Below, piece by piece: positions 10,771 through 20,106 of a stretch of 64,000 bases of DNA (position 1 is the stretch's first letter; every line of letters begins with the position of its first letter). This DNA comes from Promethearchaeota archaeon. GTDB taxonomy: Archaea > Asgardarchaeota > Lokiarchaeia > Sigyniarchaeales > SOKP01. The stretch covers positions 406,289 through 470,288 of the forward strand of contig JAHPZJ010000013.1 in NCBI GenBank assembly GCA_019058245.1, read 5' to 3'. The notes beneath the pieces were generated by a model that was given only the letters and a program-made list of their open reading frames with translations, did not search any database and was not told where the DNA came from. A program made the translations under genes and the position numbers.

Positions 10771-11562
10771 ATGGAATATAAATTCATAAAAGTAGAAAAA
10801 AAAGAACATATAACAATTGTTACATTAAATAGACCAGAGGTATTGAATGCAATTCACCCTTATATATCACTAGAACTAGGTCATGTGATTAATGAATTTG
10901 AGGTTGAAACTAATGCATGGGTTGCAATTATAACAGGCGCAGGGGAAAAAGCGTTTTCTGCTGGTTTTGATTTAAAATGGGCTGCAGCAACTAGTGTTGA
11001 AGAACAGAGAACAGCTTATGAAGAGGTAAGAAAGCAGAATGCTTCTTTAATAAGAAATTTTAAAATTACCAAACCCTTAATCGCTGCAATAAATGGTCTT
11101 GCCTATGGAGCAGGTTTTGAGCTTGCTTTAAGTTGTGACCTTATTATTGCCGCTAATCACGTTACTTTTTGCTTACCAGAACCTGTAGTAGGGAGAATTC
11201 CTTCAGGAGGCGGAATTCATCGATTAGTCAGATACCTTCCTTACCATCTAGCAATGGAAATTCTCCTTACACGTAAAAGAATCACTGCTCAAGAAGGTCT
11301 ACAATATGGTTTTGTAAACCAAGTAGTTCCTTTCAATCAATTAATAGATGAAGCAGAAAAAATCGCAAATCTCATAATGGAAGGTTCTCCTCTGGCAATC
11401 CGAACAATCAAACAAATGGCTATTGAAGGGCTCCAAATGTCTTTAAAAGAAGCTCTTTTTGCAAGTTTTCCACTTTACACGAAATTTCTTCAGTCTTATG
11501 ATTTTAGAGAAGGCCCAAAAGCCTTTAGTGAAAAAAGAAAACCTGTTTGGAAGGGAGAATAA
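10771..11562 (+). CDS. Enoyl-CoA hydratase/crotonase family (CaiD-like)
   Basis: LNRPEVLNA, AFSAGFDLK, KPLIAAINGLAYGAGFEL, LPEP, EKRKPVWKG. Confidence 0.92.
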   Translation: MEYKFIKVEKKEHITIVTLNRPEVLNAIHPYISLELGHVINEFEVETNAWVAIITGAGEKAFSAGFDLKWAAATSVEEQRTAYEEVRKQNASLIRNFKITKPLIAAINGLAYGAGFELALSCDLIIAANHVTFCLPEPVVGRIPSGGGIHRLVRYLPYHLAMEILLTRKRITAQEGLQYGFVNQVVPFNQLIDEAEKIANLIMEGSPLAIRTIKQMAIEGLQMSLKEALFASFPLYTKFLQSYDFREGPKAFSEKRKPVWKGE

Positions 11563-11753
11563 TTTTAAACTAATTTGAAGTAAATCTTCTCTTTTCTTTT
11601 TATCTGTTTTATAAATAGTCAAGTTACTATTTTCTAAATAAATTTATTTTAAATTAAAGTTAATAACAGAAGAATTCTTCAATAACTTTAATAAAGCTAT
11701 AAATTTTCAAATAACAGAATTATTAATAAAAAAATTAAGTTATCAAAAATCTA

Positions 11754-14081
11754 TTGGTAGATAGTATGGTAAGTCAAGATGAAAATGTAGAGGAAGAAGG
11801 AATTAAAATAGTAAGATCTAGTTCTGCATTTGATTGTGGAGGTCGATGCCCTTTAAGATTTCATGTTAAAGATGGAAAGGTGATACGAGTAGAAGGTGAT
11901 GATTTTCCAGATCCAGACAAACAACTTAGAACATGTTTAAGATGTAGAGCAATTAGACAGTATATCTATCATCCAGAGAGATTAAGATATCCATTAAGAA
12001 GAGCTGGTCCTAAGGGTTCTGGGAAATTTGAAAGAATTTCATGGGATGAAGCTTATGATATTATCGCAGAAAAACTAAAAGAAACTATAGAAAAATATGG
12101 AAATCAAAGTATATTATTGGTTACTGGAGGAGGTTATCTTGCAGCACTACATACTCCAGGAGCGGCTTATTCTAGATTATTAAACCAATTAGGTGGATTT
12201 TCATCATTTTATGGTAATATTTCTTCCCAAGGAGCAATTTTTGGAACTCAGGCATCATATGGTTTTGGACAGATCTTTGTTGGTAACAGTCGGGAGGATT
12301 GGATGAATACAAAATTAATTATATGCTGGGGTTGGGATCCTGCACGTCAGATTTCAGGAACAAATACATTGTGGTGGTTAATTAAAGCAAGAGAAAATGG
12401 CGTAAAAGTGATTGTTATTGATCCACGCTATTCGGATACTGCCTTAGTAGCTGCTGATCAATGGATCCCAATAATTCCCGGAACGGATACAGCTATGATG
12501 GCTGCTGTCGCACATGTAATTCTTAGAGAAAATCTGCAAGATCAAGAATTTCTCGACAAATATACTCATGGTTTTGATAAATATAAAGCATATGTAATGG
12601 GAGATGAGGATGGAATTCCTAAAACACCAGAGTGGGCTGAAAAGATATGTGGAGTGAAAGCATCTGTCATAGAAGATTTAGCAATTGAATATGCTACAAC
12701 CAAGCCTGCTGCGTTAGAAGATTGTCAAGGTCCTGCCCGTTCAGCTATGGGAGGGCAATATAATCGAGGTGCTATAACACTCTCTGCAATGACGGGAAAT
12801 ATTGGAAAACATGGTGGTAGTGCCTGTGGTGGTCTTCACGGGATTCCATATGGCCATATGTTTAGAGGAATAATAATTCCATCTGGTACAAATAAAGCTT
12901 ATCCAAAAGGTAAGTCTTTAAGAGGCAATATTAATCCTAGAGATCGTTTAGACACTAGAATGCATGTAAATAAAATCTTTGATGCAATTCTAAACGGAAA
13001 ATCAGGAGGTTATCCTTCAGATATAAAGTTTGCCTGGTTCTGTCAATGCGATTTCCTCAATCAGATAGGAAATACTAATAAATCAGCAAAAGCTATGAGC
13101 CGAGAGGATTTGTTTACCGTAGTTCCAGAACTATGGTTAACACCCACTGCTCAATATGCCGACATCGTCCTTCCTGTGACGGGATTTCCTGCAAGGAGTG
13201 ACCTTTCAAGACCTTGGCCCTCAGGACCTTATTTTGGTTACATGAATAAAGCAATCGAACCCATAGGTGAATGTAAGGATGATATACAAATAGCAGAAGA
13301 ATTAGCTGAAAGACTGGGGATTAAAAATTTCAAAAGAGAAGAACTTCTTGATCAGTTTTTAAACAATCCTCAATTAGCTCCAGCAAAACCTCTTATAGAT
13401 AAATACGATGATATTAATGATAAATGGCTTCGTTTATTAGCTGTTATGGCTCAAGATCTACGAACGAATATAAAAGATTATGAGAAGTATAAAAGAGAAG
13501 GGATCCATAGAGTTGAGCTTAAAGAACCTTATGTTGCATTCAAAAAGAATATAGATGATTTGGAAAACAATCCTTTCCCAACACCTTCGGGAAAGATAGA
13601 AATATATTCTGATCAGATTGCGAGTTGGAATAGACCTCTATGTCCTCCAATTGCAAAATATATACCAACATGGGAAAATCGTGATGATCCATTAGTAGAA
13701 AAATATCCCCTTCAATTAATTTCACCTCATCCAAGGCAACGGGTGCATTCAGAATTATATAAGATCGAATGGTTAATGGAAGCAATTCCACACAGAATGT
13801 GGATAAATCCAGTTGACGCTGAACTTCGAGGTGTTAGAAATGGTGATATGTGTTTAGTCTTTAATGATAGAGGAACTGTAGCAATTGAAGCTTTTGTAAC
13901 GAAAAGAATTATACCTAGAGTAGTATGCATTTATGAAGGTGCATGGTATAACCCAGATGAGAACGGAATTGATAGGGGTGGATGTCCAAATACCCTAACT
14001 AAGGATGCCATGGCCGAGGGAGGTGCCGCTGCATTAAAAACCTGTTTAGTTCAAGTTAAATTGGAAAAAGGAGATGATTAA
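11754..14081 (+). CDS. DmsA-family molybdopterin oxidoreductase catalytic subunit, no Tat signal (start may be ATG 11766)
   Basis: DCGGRC, CLRC, HPERLRYPL, ERISWDEA, PGTDTAM, TPSGKIEIYS, DRGGCPNTLT. Confidence 0.9.
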   Translation: MVDSMVSQDENVEEEGIKIVRSSSAFDCGGRCPLRFHVKDGKVIRVEGDDFPDPDKQLRTCLRCRAIRQYIYHPERLRYPLRRAGPKGSGKFERISWDEAYDIIAEKLKETIEKYGNQSILLVTGGGYLAALHTPGAAYSRLLNQLGGFSSFYGNISSQGAIFGTQASYGFGQIFVGNSREDWMNTKLIICWGWDPARQISGTNTLWWLIKARENGVKVIVIDPRYSDTALVAADQWIPIIPGTDTAMMAAVAHVILRENLQDQEFLDKYTHGFDKYKAYVMGDEDGIPKTPEWAEKICGVKASVIEDLAIEYATTKPAALEDCQGPARSAMGGQYNRGAITLSAMTGNIGKHGGSACGGLHGIPYGHMFRGIIIPSGTNKAYPKGKSLRGNINPRDRLDTRMHVNKIFDAILNGKSGGYPSDIKFAWFCQCDFLNQIGNTNKSAKAMSREDLFTVVPELWLTPTAQYADIVLPVTGFPARSDLSRPWPSGPYFGYMNKAIEPIGECKDDIQIAEELAERLGIKNFKREELLDQFLNNPQLAPAKPLIDKYDDINDKWLRLLAVMAQDLRTNIKDYEKYKREGIHRVELKEPYVAFKKNIDDLENNPFPTPSGKIEIYSDQIASWNRPLCPPIAKYIPTWENRDDPLVEKYPLQLISPHPRQRVHSELYKIEWLMEAIPHRMWINPVDAELRGVRNGDMCLVFNDRGTVAIEAFVTKRIIPRVVCIYEGAWYNPDENGIDRGGCPNTLTKDAMAEGGAAALKTCLVQVKLEKGDD

Positions 14082-14083
14082 AG

Positions 14084-16090
14084 TTGCAAGTTGGATTTTA
14101 TTTTGACCAAACGAGATGTACAGGTTGTAACGCATGCAGAATAGCTTGTAAGGATTGGCATGACCAGCCTTCAGGTCTAGCATCTTGGATGAGAATTAAT
14201 TACCATGAAGAAGGTCCCTTTCCTAATATCTTAGCTAGTTATCTTATCTCAAACTGTTATCATTGTGAAGAACCAGTATGTTCATACATTTGTCCTAATG
14301 AAGCAATTACTAAACGCGAGAAAGATGGTATTGTAATTGTTGATAAAGAAAAATGCCGCGAGGAACATTCTTGTGGTATAATATCAAAAGAAGCCATGGG
14401 TCCTAATTACCTTTATGGTGAATCTGAAGCACCCTGTCAAATAGCTTGTCCTGTTCACCTTCATATCCCTGCTTATACTGCATTAATCGCAAAAGGAAGA
14501 TTTAAAGAATCACTAAATTTAATTAGGCGTAGGATGCCGCTACCTTCCGTTTGCGGTCGTGTATGCTTGCATCCGTGTGAAGAAGTCTGTAGTCGAAAAG
14601 AAGTGGATCAAGCTATTGCTATTGAAGCTCTTAAAGGTTTTGTGTCCGATAATGTTCCTATCGAACTTCCAAAACGTCTTCCACAAACACAATCAGATAA
14701 GGTAGCTATTATTGGCTCTGGTCCTGCTGGTTTAGGTGCAGCTTATGATTTAATAAGATTAGGATATGGTGTAACCATTTTTGAAGCATTTTCCAAGGTT
14801 GGAGGGATGCTAACATTGGGGATCCCAGAACACCGTTTACCTCGTGATATTCTCAATCGTGATATTGATTACATTAAGGCTCTTGGTGTTGAAATTAAAA
14901 CTAATAGCCCTGTTGATTTAAATTCTGGGTTAGATGACCTTTTGAATCAAGGTTTTGGTGCTGTACTAATAGCAATTGGTGCTCATAAAGGAAAGAGACT
15001 CGATATTCCTGGTGCAGATTTGGAGGGAAATCTAGTAGGAACTTCATTCATGCGAGATGTCAATCTTGGTAAAGAAGTAAAATTGGGTAATAAAGTTCTT
15101 GTAATCGGAGGTGGTAATGTTGCCATGGATTGTGCTCGTACTGCTCGTCGACTTGGAGTTTCTGAAGTAGGCGTTTCGTGTCTTGAATGTTGTGATGATA
15201 TGCCTGCAGATGTTTCTGAAGTTGAACAAGCTCGTGAGGAGGGAATTGAGATCTATGATTCACGCACTTTTACAAAAATTCTAAGTAATAAAGGAAGAAT
15301 AACTGGAGTAAGTTGTCTTGAAATTACAGGATGTACCTTTGATGAAAATGGAAAAGCACATTTTGATGTTGTTGGTGAAGAAGAACAAATACTTGAAGCT
15401 GATACCATTATTTTCGCAATTGGTCAAACTCCTGATATTGAGAACAACGAGAAAATAAAGCTTAGTGCAATGGGAACAATTGAAGCAGATTTGGAAACTA
15501 TGATGCTTGATAACAAGGGAATCTTTGTAGCTGGAGACTGCTTTAGTGGTATAGCAAGTATAATAGATGCAATAGCTAGTGGACAAAAAGCAGCTTCAAC
15601 AATAAGTCGTTTTCTTCAAGGTGATGTGCTTCGAGTCAGACCTCAACCAATTATCAAGGCAAGTGATATAAAATTAGAGATCCCTCCAGAAACTCAAAAA
15701 CAGGATCGCCAACCAATGCCTTTATTATCCCCCTCCGAAAGAGTTTCTAATTTTAAAGAAGTTACTCTAGGTTTTACAGAAGAAGCTGCGATTGCTGAAG
15801 CTGAACGATGCCTCAATTGCGCTGGACATCTATGTAAAGATGTTTGTCCATACTCTGCACCTCAGTTTGTTGAAGAAGGGAAAGCTAGAATGCAAAAGTG
15901 TAATTATTGTGTTGATCGATTTGATATTGGGAAATTACCTATATGTGTTGAAGCTTGTTATGCACGAGCTCTTGATTCAGATACTTTAGAAGAATTAAAA
16001 GCGAAATATGGAGATGTCCAAATAGCTCATGGATTTAAATATTCTGATGGAATAAAACCTGCAATAATATTCAAGTCAAAACAGAAATAA
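14084..16090 (+). CDS. DmsB-like 4Fe-4S protein with inserted GltD/NfnL-like FAD/NAD(P) oxidoreductase module
   Basis: N-terminal GFYFDQTRCTGCNAC and C-terminal KCNYC...CVEAC (DmsB) flank APCQIACP...CGRVC, GSGPAG, IGGGNVAMD, AGD and EAERCLNC (GltD-like). Confidence 0.88.
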   Translation: MQVGFYFDQTRCTGCNACRIACKDWHDQPSGLASWMRINYHEEGPFPNILASYLISNCYHCEEPVCSYICPNEAITKREKDGIVIVDKEKCREEHSCGIISKEAMGPNYLYGESEAPCQIACPVHLHIPAYTALIAKGRFKESLNLIRRRMPLPSVCGRVCLHPCEEVCSRKEVDQAIAIEALKGFVSDNVPIELPKRLPQTQSDKVAIIGSGPAGLGAAYDLIRLGYGVTIFEAFSKVGGMLTLGIPEHRLPRDILNRDIDYIKALGVEIKTNSPVDLNSGLDDLLNQGFGAVLIAIGAHKGKRLDIPGADLEGNLVGTSFMRDVNLGKEVKLGNKVLVIGGGNVAMDCARTARRLGVSEVGVSCLECCDDMPADVSEVEQAREEGIEIYDSRTFTKILSNKGRITGVSCLEITGCTFDENGKAHFDVVGEEEQILEADTIIFAIGQTPDIENNEKIKLSAMGTIEADLETMMLDNKGIFVAGDCFSGIASIIDAIASGQKAASTISRFLQGDVLRVRPQPIIKASDIKLEIPPETQKQDRQPMPLLSPSERVSNFKEVTLGFTEEAAIAEAERCLNCAGHLCKDVCPYSAPQFVEEGKARMQKCNYCVDRFDIGKLPICVEACYARALDSDTLEELKAKYGDVQIAHGFKYSDGIKPAIIFKSKQK

Positions 16091-16223
16091 TCAAATACAG
16101 AATAATTTTATAAATAAAAAAAGAATTGTGTAGTCTTTCAACTCTCTTCGTTTATAAAATCATTCTACTGGCTTTTTTTTATCATTTAATTTTAATTAAT
16201 AAATATCCAATATTTATTGCACA

Positions 16224-16442
16224 AATCGGGAACGTGATAAAATCCCGTTTGAATCCAAGCAGTCCCAACCATAATTGGGTGAGATTTTACGATTTTTTAA
16301 CTATAGCGGGATAATTTCTTTCAAGACTTCTAAAGTAATTCAAAAGGCATTACTCATGAAGTATGTCTTGAACTCGATGACGAGAGACCAATCTGATAAC
16401 CTTAAGGATGATCTTTCCTCTTAAGGAAAGATTGATGATTGG
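16224..16442 (+). ncRNA. Candidate structured ncRNA (five consecutive stems, C/D-type K-turn)
   Basis: Stems cggga/tcccg, cccaa/ttggg, ttcaagac/gtcttgaa, ctcg/cgag and ccaatc/gattgg, the last enclosing CTGA...TGATGA; lies between convergent genes. Confidence 0.4.
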
Positions 16443-16733
16443 CATAAATAATGGAATTTTCGAGAAATTATTAATTGTTTATAAATAATTCGAAAGTTGT
16501 TTATAAAATTTACCAATATTAGAACTAAAAATGGGTTAATGGGATTATCACTTGAACATTCACTTGGTAGAGTAATATAGATAAATTTTAAATTCGCAAG
16601 GATCGAAGAATAGATAGTTATAAAAAAAATTTATTGAATAAATATTTCATAGAATTGATTTACGACTTACATATTAATACTTAAATCAAAAAATCAACTA
16701 GATAAATTAATTTACATGAAAATCTAACATACT

Positions 16734-17498
16734 TTATAAAAGATCTAGAATATTCTGCACATCAAAGCCATAGGTTAATAATTGGATTAATAAACCAATT
16801 AAACCAGCAGCAATTGCTGCAGCTAATGCCCAAAAACTCCAAGTAGGCCAAGGTTTGTTTTGAAAATTATATCCCATTTTAAATTGTTCATATAGAACTA
16901 AAACACCCCATACAATTAGAGCTATATCAAAAGCCCATGTGGAAATTTCATGTAATTCAGGGGGGTAATTTTTTAACCAGCCAGCACGTGAACCAATCAT
17001 CAAAAGATCTATCTCCTGGGGTGCACGCACGACTAAAAATAAAAATCCTATATGGATAATAAATAACCACGCAAACACCAATAAATGCATATTAAGCCAT
17101 GTCCATGTACGTTTTTGCAACTTGTCTTGGAGCAGAAATTTACCTCGTTTTCGTTCAAAAGTAACAACAATTCCAAACAAAACTAAGAGAATAAATACGA
17201 TGATTACAATTACAAACGGATTTACCGATCCTGATGCTAGAATAGGAAGTAGAAAAGACTGAACTAATGCGATTGAGCGAGGGATAGGGCTTTTTTGATA
17301 CCATGCTAATCCTACAGTAAGAAAAATCAAACTATACGCCCAATTATGGATGTATAAAGGTTTTCCTTGAAGAAAATCAAGACTGAATGGCATAATATAC
17401 CAAATGAAATAGATTAATCCTAATGCAATTAACCCTAGACCAGGTCCAACAAGTTTATTATGTTTAATTTCTTCAAGTTTTTCTTTTTCTTCTTTCAT
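16734..17498 (-). CDS. Multi-pass membrane protein of unknown function
   Basis: 254 aa with about 6-7 hydrophobic segments. Confidence 0.8.
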   Translation of the reverse strand: MKEEKEKLEEIKHNKLVGPGLGLIALGLIYFIWYIMPFSLDFLQGKPLYIHNWAYSLIFLTVGLAWYQKSPIPRSIALVQSFLLPILASGSVNPFVIVIIVFILLVLFGIVVTFERKRGKFLLQDKLQKRTWTWLNMHLLVFAWLFIIHIGFLFLVVRAPQEIDLLMIGSRAGWLKNYPPELHEISTWAFDIALIVWGVLVLYEQFKMGYNFQNKPWPTWSFWALAAAIAAGLIGLLIQLLTYGFDVQNILDLL

Positions 17499-17620
17499 TT
17501 TAATTCACAATTTTAATTTTTTAATCATTACTTAGTTGATAAATCATAATTAGATTACAAGATATTTAGTAATTTAGTTTTTAAAATAAAAATCAAGCTT
17601 CATATAATCACTCATACTAT

Positions 17621-18436
17621 TTAATATCGTGGATTTTCTTTATATCTATTAAATAAAACTTTTAATCGATCTTGAGGCATTCCAAGACGCCATAGTAACG
17701 ACATTAGTATCCATTTCCAAATAGTTCTGAAGATTCCATATTTTTCAAATCGACGAGTGGAATTATATATCCCGATGCGGTAGATACATGCAATCCCTTT
17801 ACCTCCACGCCAATTACTTATACTTTTAGGCAATACTCTTTTTGCAAACTTCATTAGACGTCGACCAAAATCGAAACCTTCACAAATCCACATTGGTGCG
17901 AATCCATTTAGAGCTTCAAAAACCCATTTCCTTACAAATATAGCATTATCTGCGGGATATGCTTTAAAAGTTTGAAATAGTATGTTTCCAACCCAACCAA
18001 ATGTGTAAACTGCCGTTCGCATAAAGCTATTTGGATTTGAATTATTATCCCATTTCCATTTCTTTGTAAAAGCTCCACCAAGTATTAAAGGATTTCTAAG
18101 ACGGCCAAAGAGCAAAAATAACGTACCAGGTCGAAGTTTTATATCTGCATGAAGAAATAAGAGAATATCAGATTTTGCAATCTCACCACCAAGATTTGAT
18201 TGTAGTACTCTTCCTCGAGGAGACTCAATTACGATATCTGCTAACTTTCTCGCGATTTCTTTTGTATTATCAGTAGATCCCCCATCACTTACAATAATTT
18301 CAATAGGAATGGAAAGACCAGAAGGAAATAGAGCAGCTCTTTTAACTGAAGCAATTGTATCAGCTATATAATTAGCTTCATTAAGAGTAATAATTATTAT
18401 ACTAATCTTTGGTGAAGTCTTGAACTGAATAGTTAT
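17621..18436 (-). CDS. GT2 glycosyltransferase (TIGR04283-like); start extended to a probable ATA codon
   Basis: Frame is open for 107 codons upstream of the listed ORF and encodes KISIIIITLNEA, IIVSDGGSTD, SPRGR and LLFLHAD. GGAGG SD lies 6 nt before ATA at 18436. Confidence 0.85.
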   Translation of the reverse strand: MTIQFKTSPKISIIIITLNEANYIADTIASVKRAALFPSGLSIPIEIIVSDGGSTDNTKEIARKLADIVIESPRGRVLQSNLGGEIAKSDILLFLHADIKLRPGTLFLLFGRLRNPLILGGAFTKKWKWDNNSNPNSFMRTAVYTFGWVGNILFQTFKAYPADNAIFVRKWVFEALNGFAPMWICEGFDFGRRLMKFAKRVLPKSISNWRGGKGIACIYRIGIYNSTRRFEKYGIFRTIWKWILMSLLWRLGMPQDRLKVLFNRYKENPRY

Positions 18437-18447
18437 AAAGATCCTCC

Positions 18448-19071
18448 CTAATCTGGTAATTCGAAACTAATTTTATTTGATAATTTAGAATTCTTAAGGT
18501 CATCGAGTACATCAATATCGGAAAGAGTTGGTAATAGAAAATATTTTATACCAAGCTTATTAATATCTGCTATAGTATCAGAAAATACGGAGGATGTACT
18601 CCACTTTTTATTTATAAACAATTCTTGATGTATTTCTTTAAGTCCCATCAAATAGTATCCTCCATCTTTTGCTGGTCCCAGTACAACATCATAATTTAGT
18701 AGTTGGTCAAATGCTTCATTAATAATCCTAGCAGTTAATTCCAAACAATCGCTTCCTATTATTACAGCTTTACGGTATCGTTGTAGCGTGATCCTAAAGG
18801 CTTGCAGCATCTTTTCTCCAAAATCAGAACCTTTTTGTAAAAATTTTATAAAGAATTCTTTTTCCCAAAGATCATTCTCATCGATATAATCCGAATAAAA
18901 TAATAAACGCGCACATGGAACTTCAAGTGAAATAGATCGTGTGTGTTCAATTAATACTTTATAAACAGTTAAAGCACTCTCTTCTCCAATATCTGCAGCT
19001 AAACGTGTTTTTACACATCCTATATTAGGATTTCTTACAAGGATTATTAAGCCTTTATCATTCATTTTCAT
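18448..19071 (-). CDS. TIGR04282/DUF2064-like nucleotidyl/glycosyltransferase
   Basis: VKTRLA, QKGSDFGEKM, IIGSDC, VLGPAKDGGYYLMG, LSDID; ATGA overlap with the radical SAM stop suggests start 19071. Confidence 0.9.
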   Translation of the reverse strand: MKMNDKGLIILVRNPNIGCVKTRLAADIGEESALTVYKVLIEHTRSISLEVPCARLLFYSDYIDENDLWEKEFFIKFLQKGSDFGEKMLQAFRITLQRYRKAVIIGSDCLELTARIINEAFDQLLNYDVVLGPAKDGGYYLMGLKEIHQELFINKKWSTSSVFSDTIADINKLGIKYFLLPTLSDIDVLDDLKNSKLSNKISFELPD

Positions 19072-20066
19072 ATAACTATTGTTGTGCAATTATTATTTAC
19101 TCTAACTAGATCTTTTGAGTTTGCTTTTTGCCACTCAAGGTTTATTTCTTCCCCACGACACCAAGGGCAATATTCATCATGATTATTTAATTTTCCTCTT
19201 ATTGCTCGCCTACTAGCGCAACCTCCTTGACATAAACAATCTGCGGCAACTGGAGGGATGGCTTGAGCCATTATAAATTGTTGAGTTTCAAAGATTTTTT
19301 CACCAAGCTCTAATAGGTCATTGATATCGGGAATGGGTTCAATAGCTTTATTATTTCCCCAATATACACAAGGGATTACTTGTCCTTTAGGATTAATTCG
19401 TATGCTTTTACGACCACAAGGAGAAAAAATCTCCCCCAGTCCTAGCGCGGCTCTTACAACAGGTTCAAAACAAGAGATGACCTTACCTTTGCTAAATAAT
19501 AGTCGAAATCCCTCCCAGAATTCCTTATAATTAAGCTGATAATCGTCTGTATTTACAGATTGAAAAACACTAACACGCAAGTTAACTCCATATGAACGGG
19601 CAAGATCTACCATCTGGTCCATCTTGTCGTAATTAACAGACATCATTGTAGTAAGTATAGTCAATTCAATACCTGCGTTATCGCATCGTTTAATAGCCCT
19701 ATTTACTAATTCCCAATTTCCTTTACCACGAAATTTATCTTGTTCTTGACTCGTAGGGAAATCAATGGAAACTTCAATATCATTGAAAAGTTCTAAATAT
19801 TTATCGGAAAGTCTACTTATAGTCAAACCGTTGGAGGCTAAACTGAGTCGCACATCTCGACAAGCTAAAAAGTTAAGAATTTCAAGGAATTCTGGATTTA
19901 ATATATTTTCTCCAGTACCCATCCCTATCGAACTAATAGGTATCGCTTTGCATAGCTTTTGAATTTGTTTTAAAGTAATATTAGAGATCTGCGTTTTATC
20001 ACGATAACAATGTGTACAATTTAAATCACAATTATTGGTTAAACCAATTCCAATTGAATATTTCAT
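19068..20066 (-). CDS. Radical SAM protein with C-terminal SPASM/twitch-like Cys cluster
   Basis: CDLNCTHC; C-terminal PCGRKS...PC...CLCQGGC...YC. Confidence 0.9.
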   Translation of the reverse strand: MKYSIGIGLTNNCDLNCTHCYRDKTQISNITLKQIQKLCKAIPISSIGMGTGENILNPEFLEILNFLACRDVRLSLASNGLTISRLSDKYLELFNDIEVSIDFPTSQEQDKFRGKGNWELVNRAIKRCDNAGIELTILTTMMSVNYDKMDQMVDLARSYGVNLRVSVFQSVNTDDYQLNYKEFWEGFRLLFSKGKVISCFEPVVRAALGLGEIFSPCGRKSIRINPKGQVIPCVYWGNNKAIEPIPDINDLLELGEKIFETQQFIMAQAIPPVAADCLCQGGCASRRAIRGKLNNHDEYCPWCRGEEINLEWQKANSKDLVRVNNNCTTIVI

Positions 20067-20106
20067 TTATTCCATCTCCATATATTTAAGATTAAATTAC
20101 CTCACT

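Noticed and set aside
16126-16314. 62-aa ORF
   Set aside because: TTG start without an SD, no recognisable motif, and it overlaps a T-rich terminator-like region and the structured element.
16400-16442. Possible eukaryote-like SECIS (ATGA...hairpin...GA)
   Set aside because: The helix is too short and out of register for a SECIS, and neither flanking gene has an in-frame TGA.
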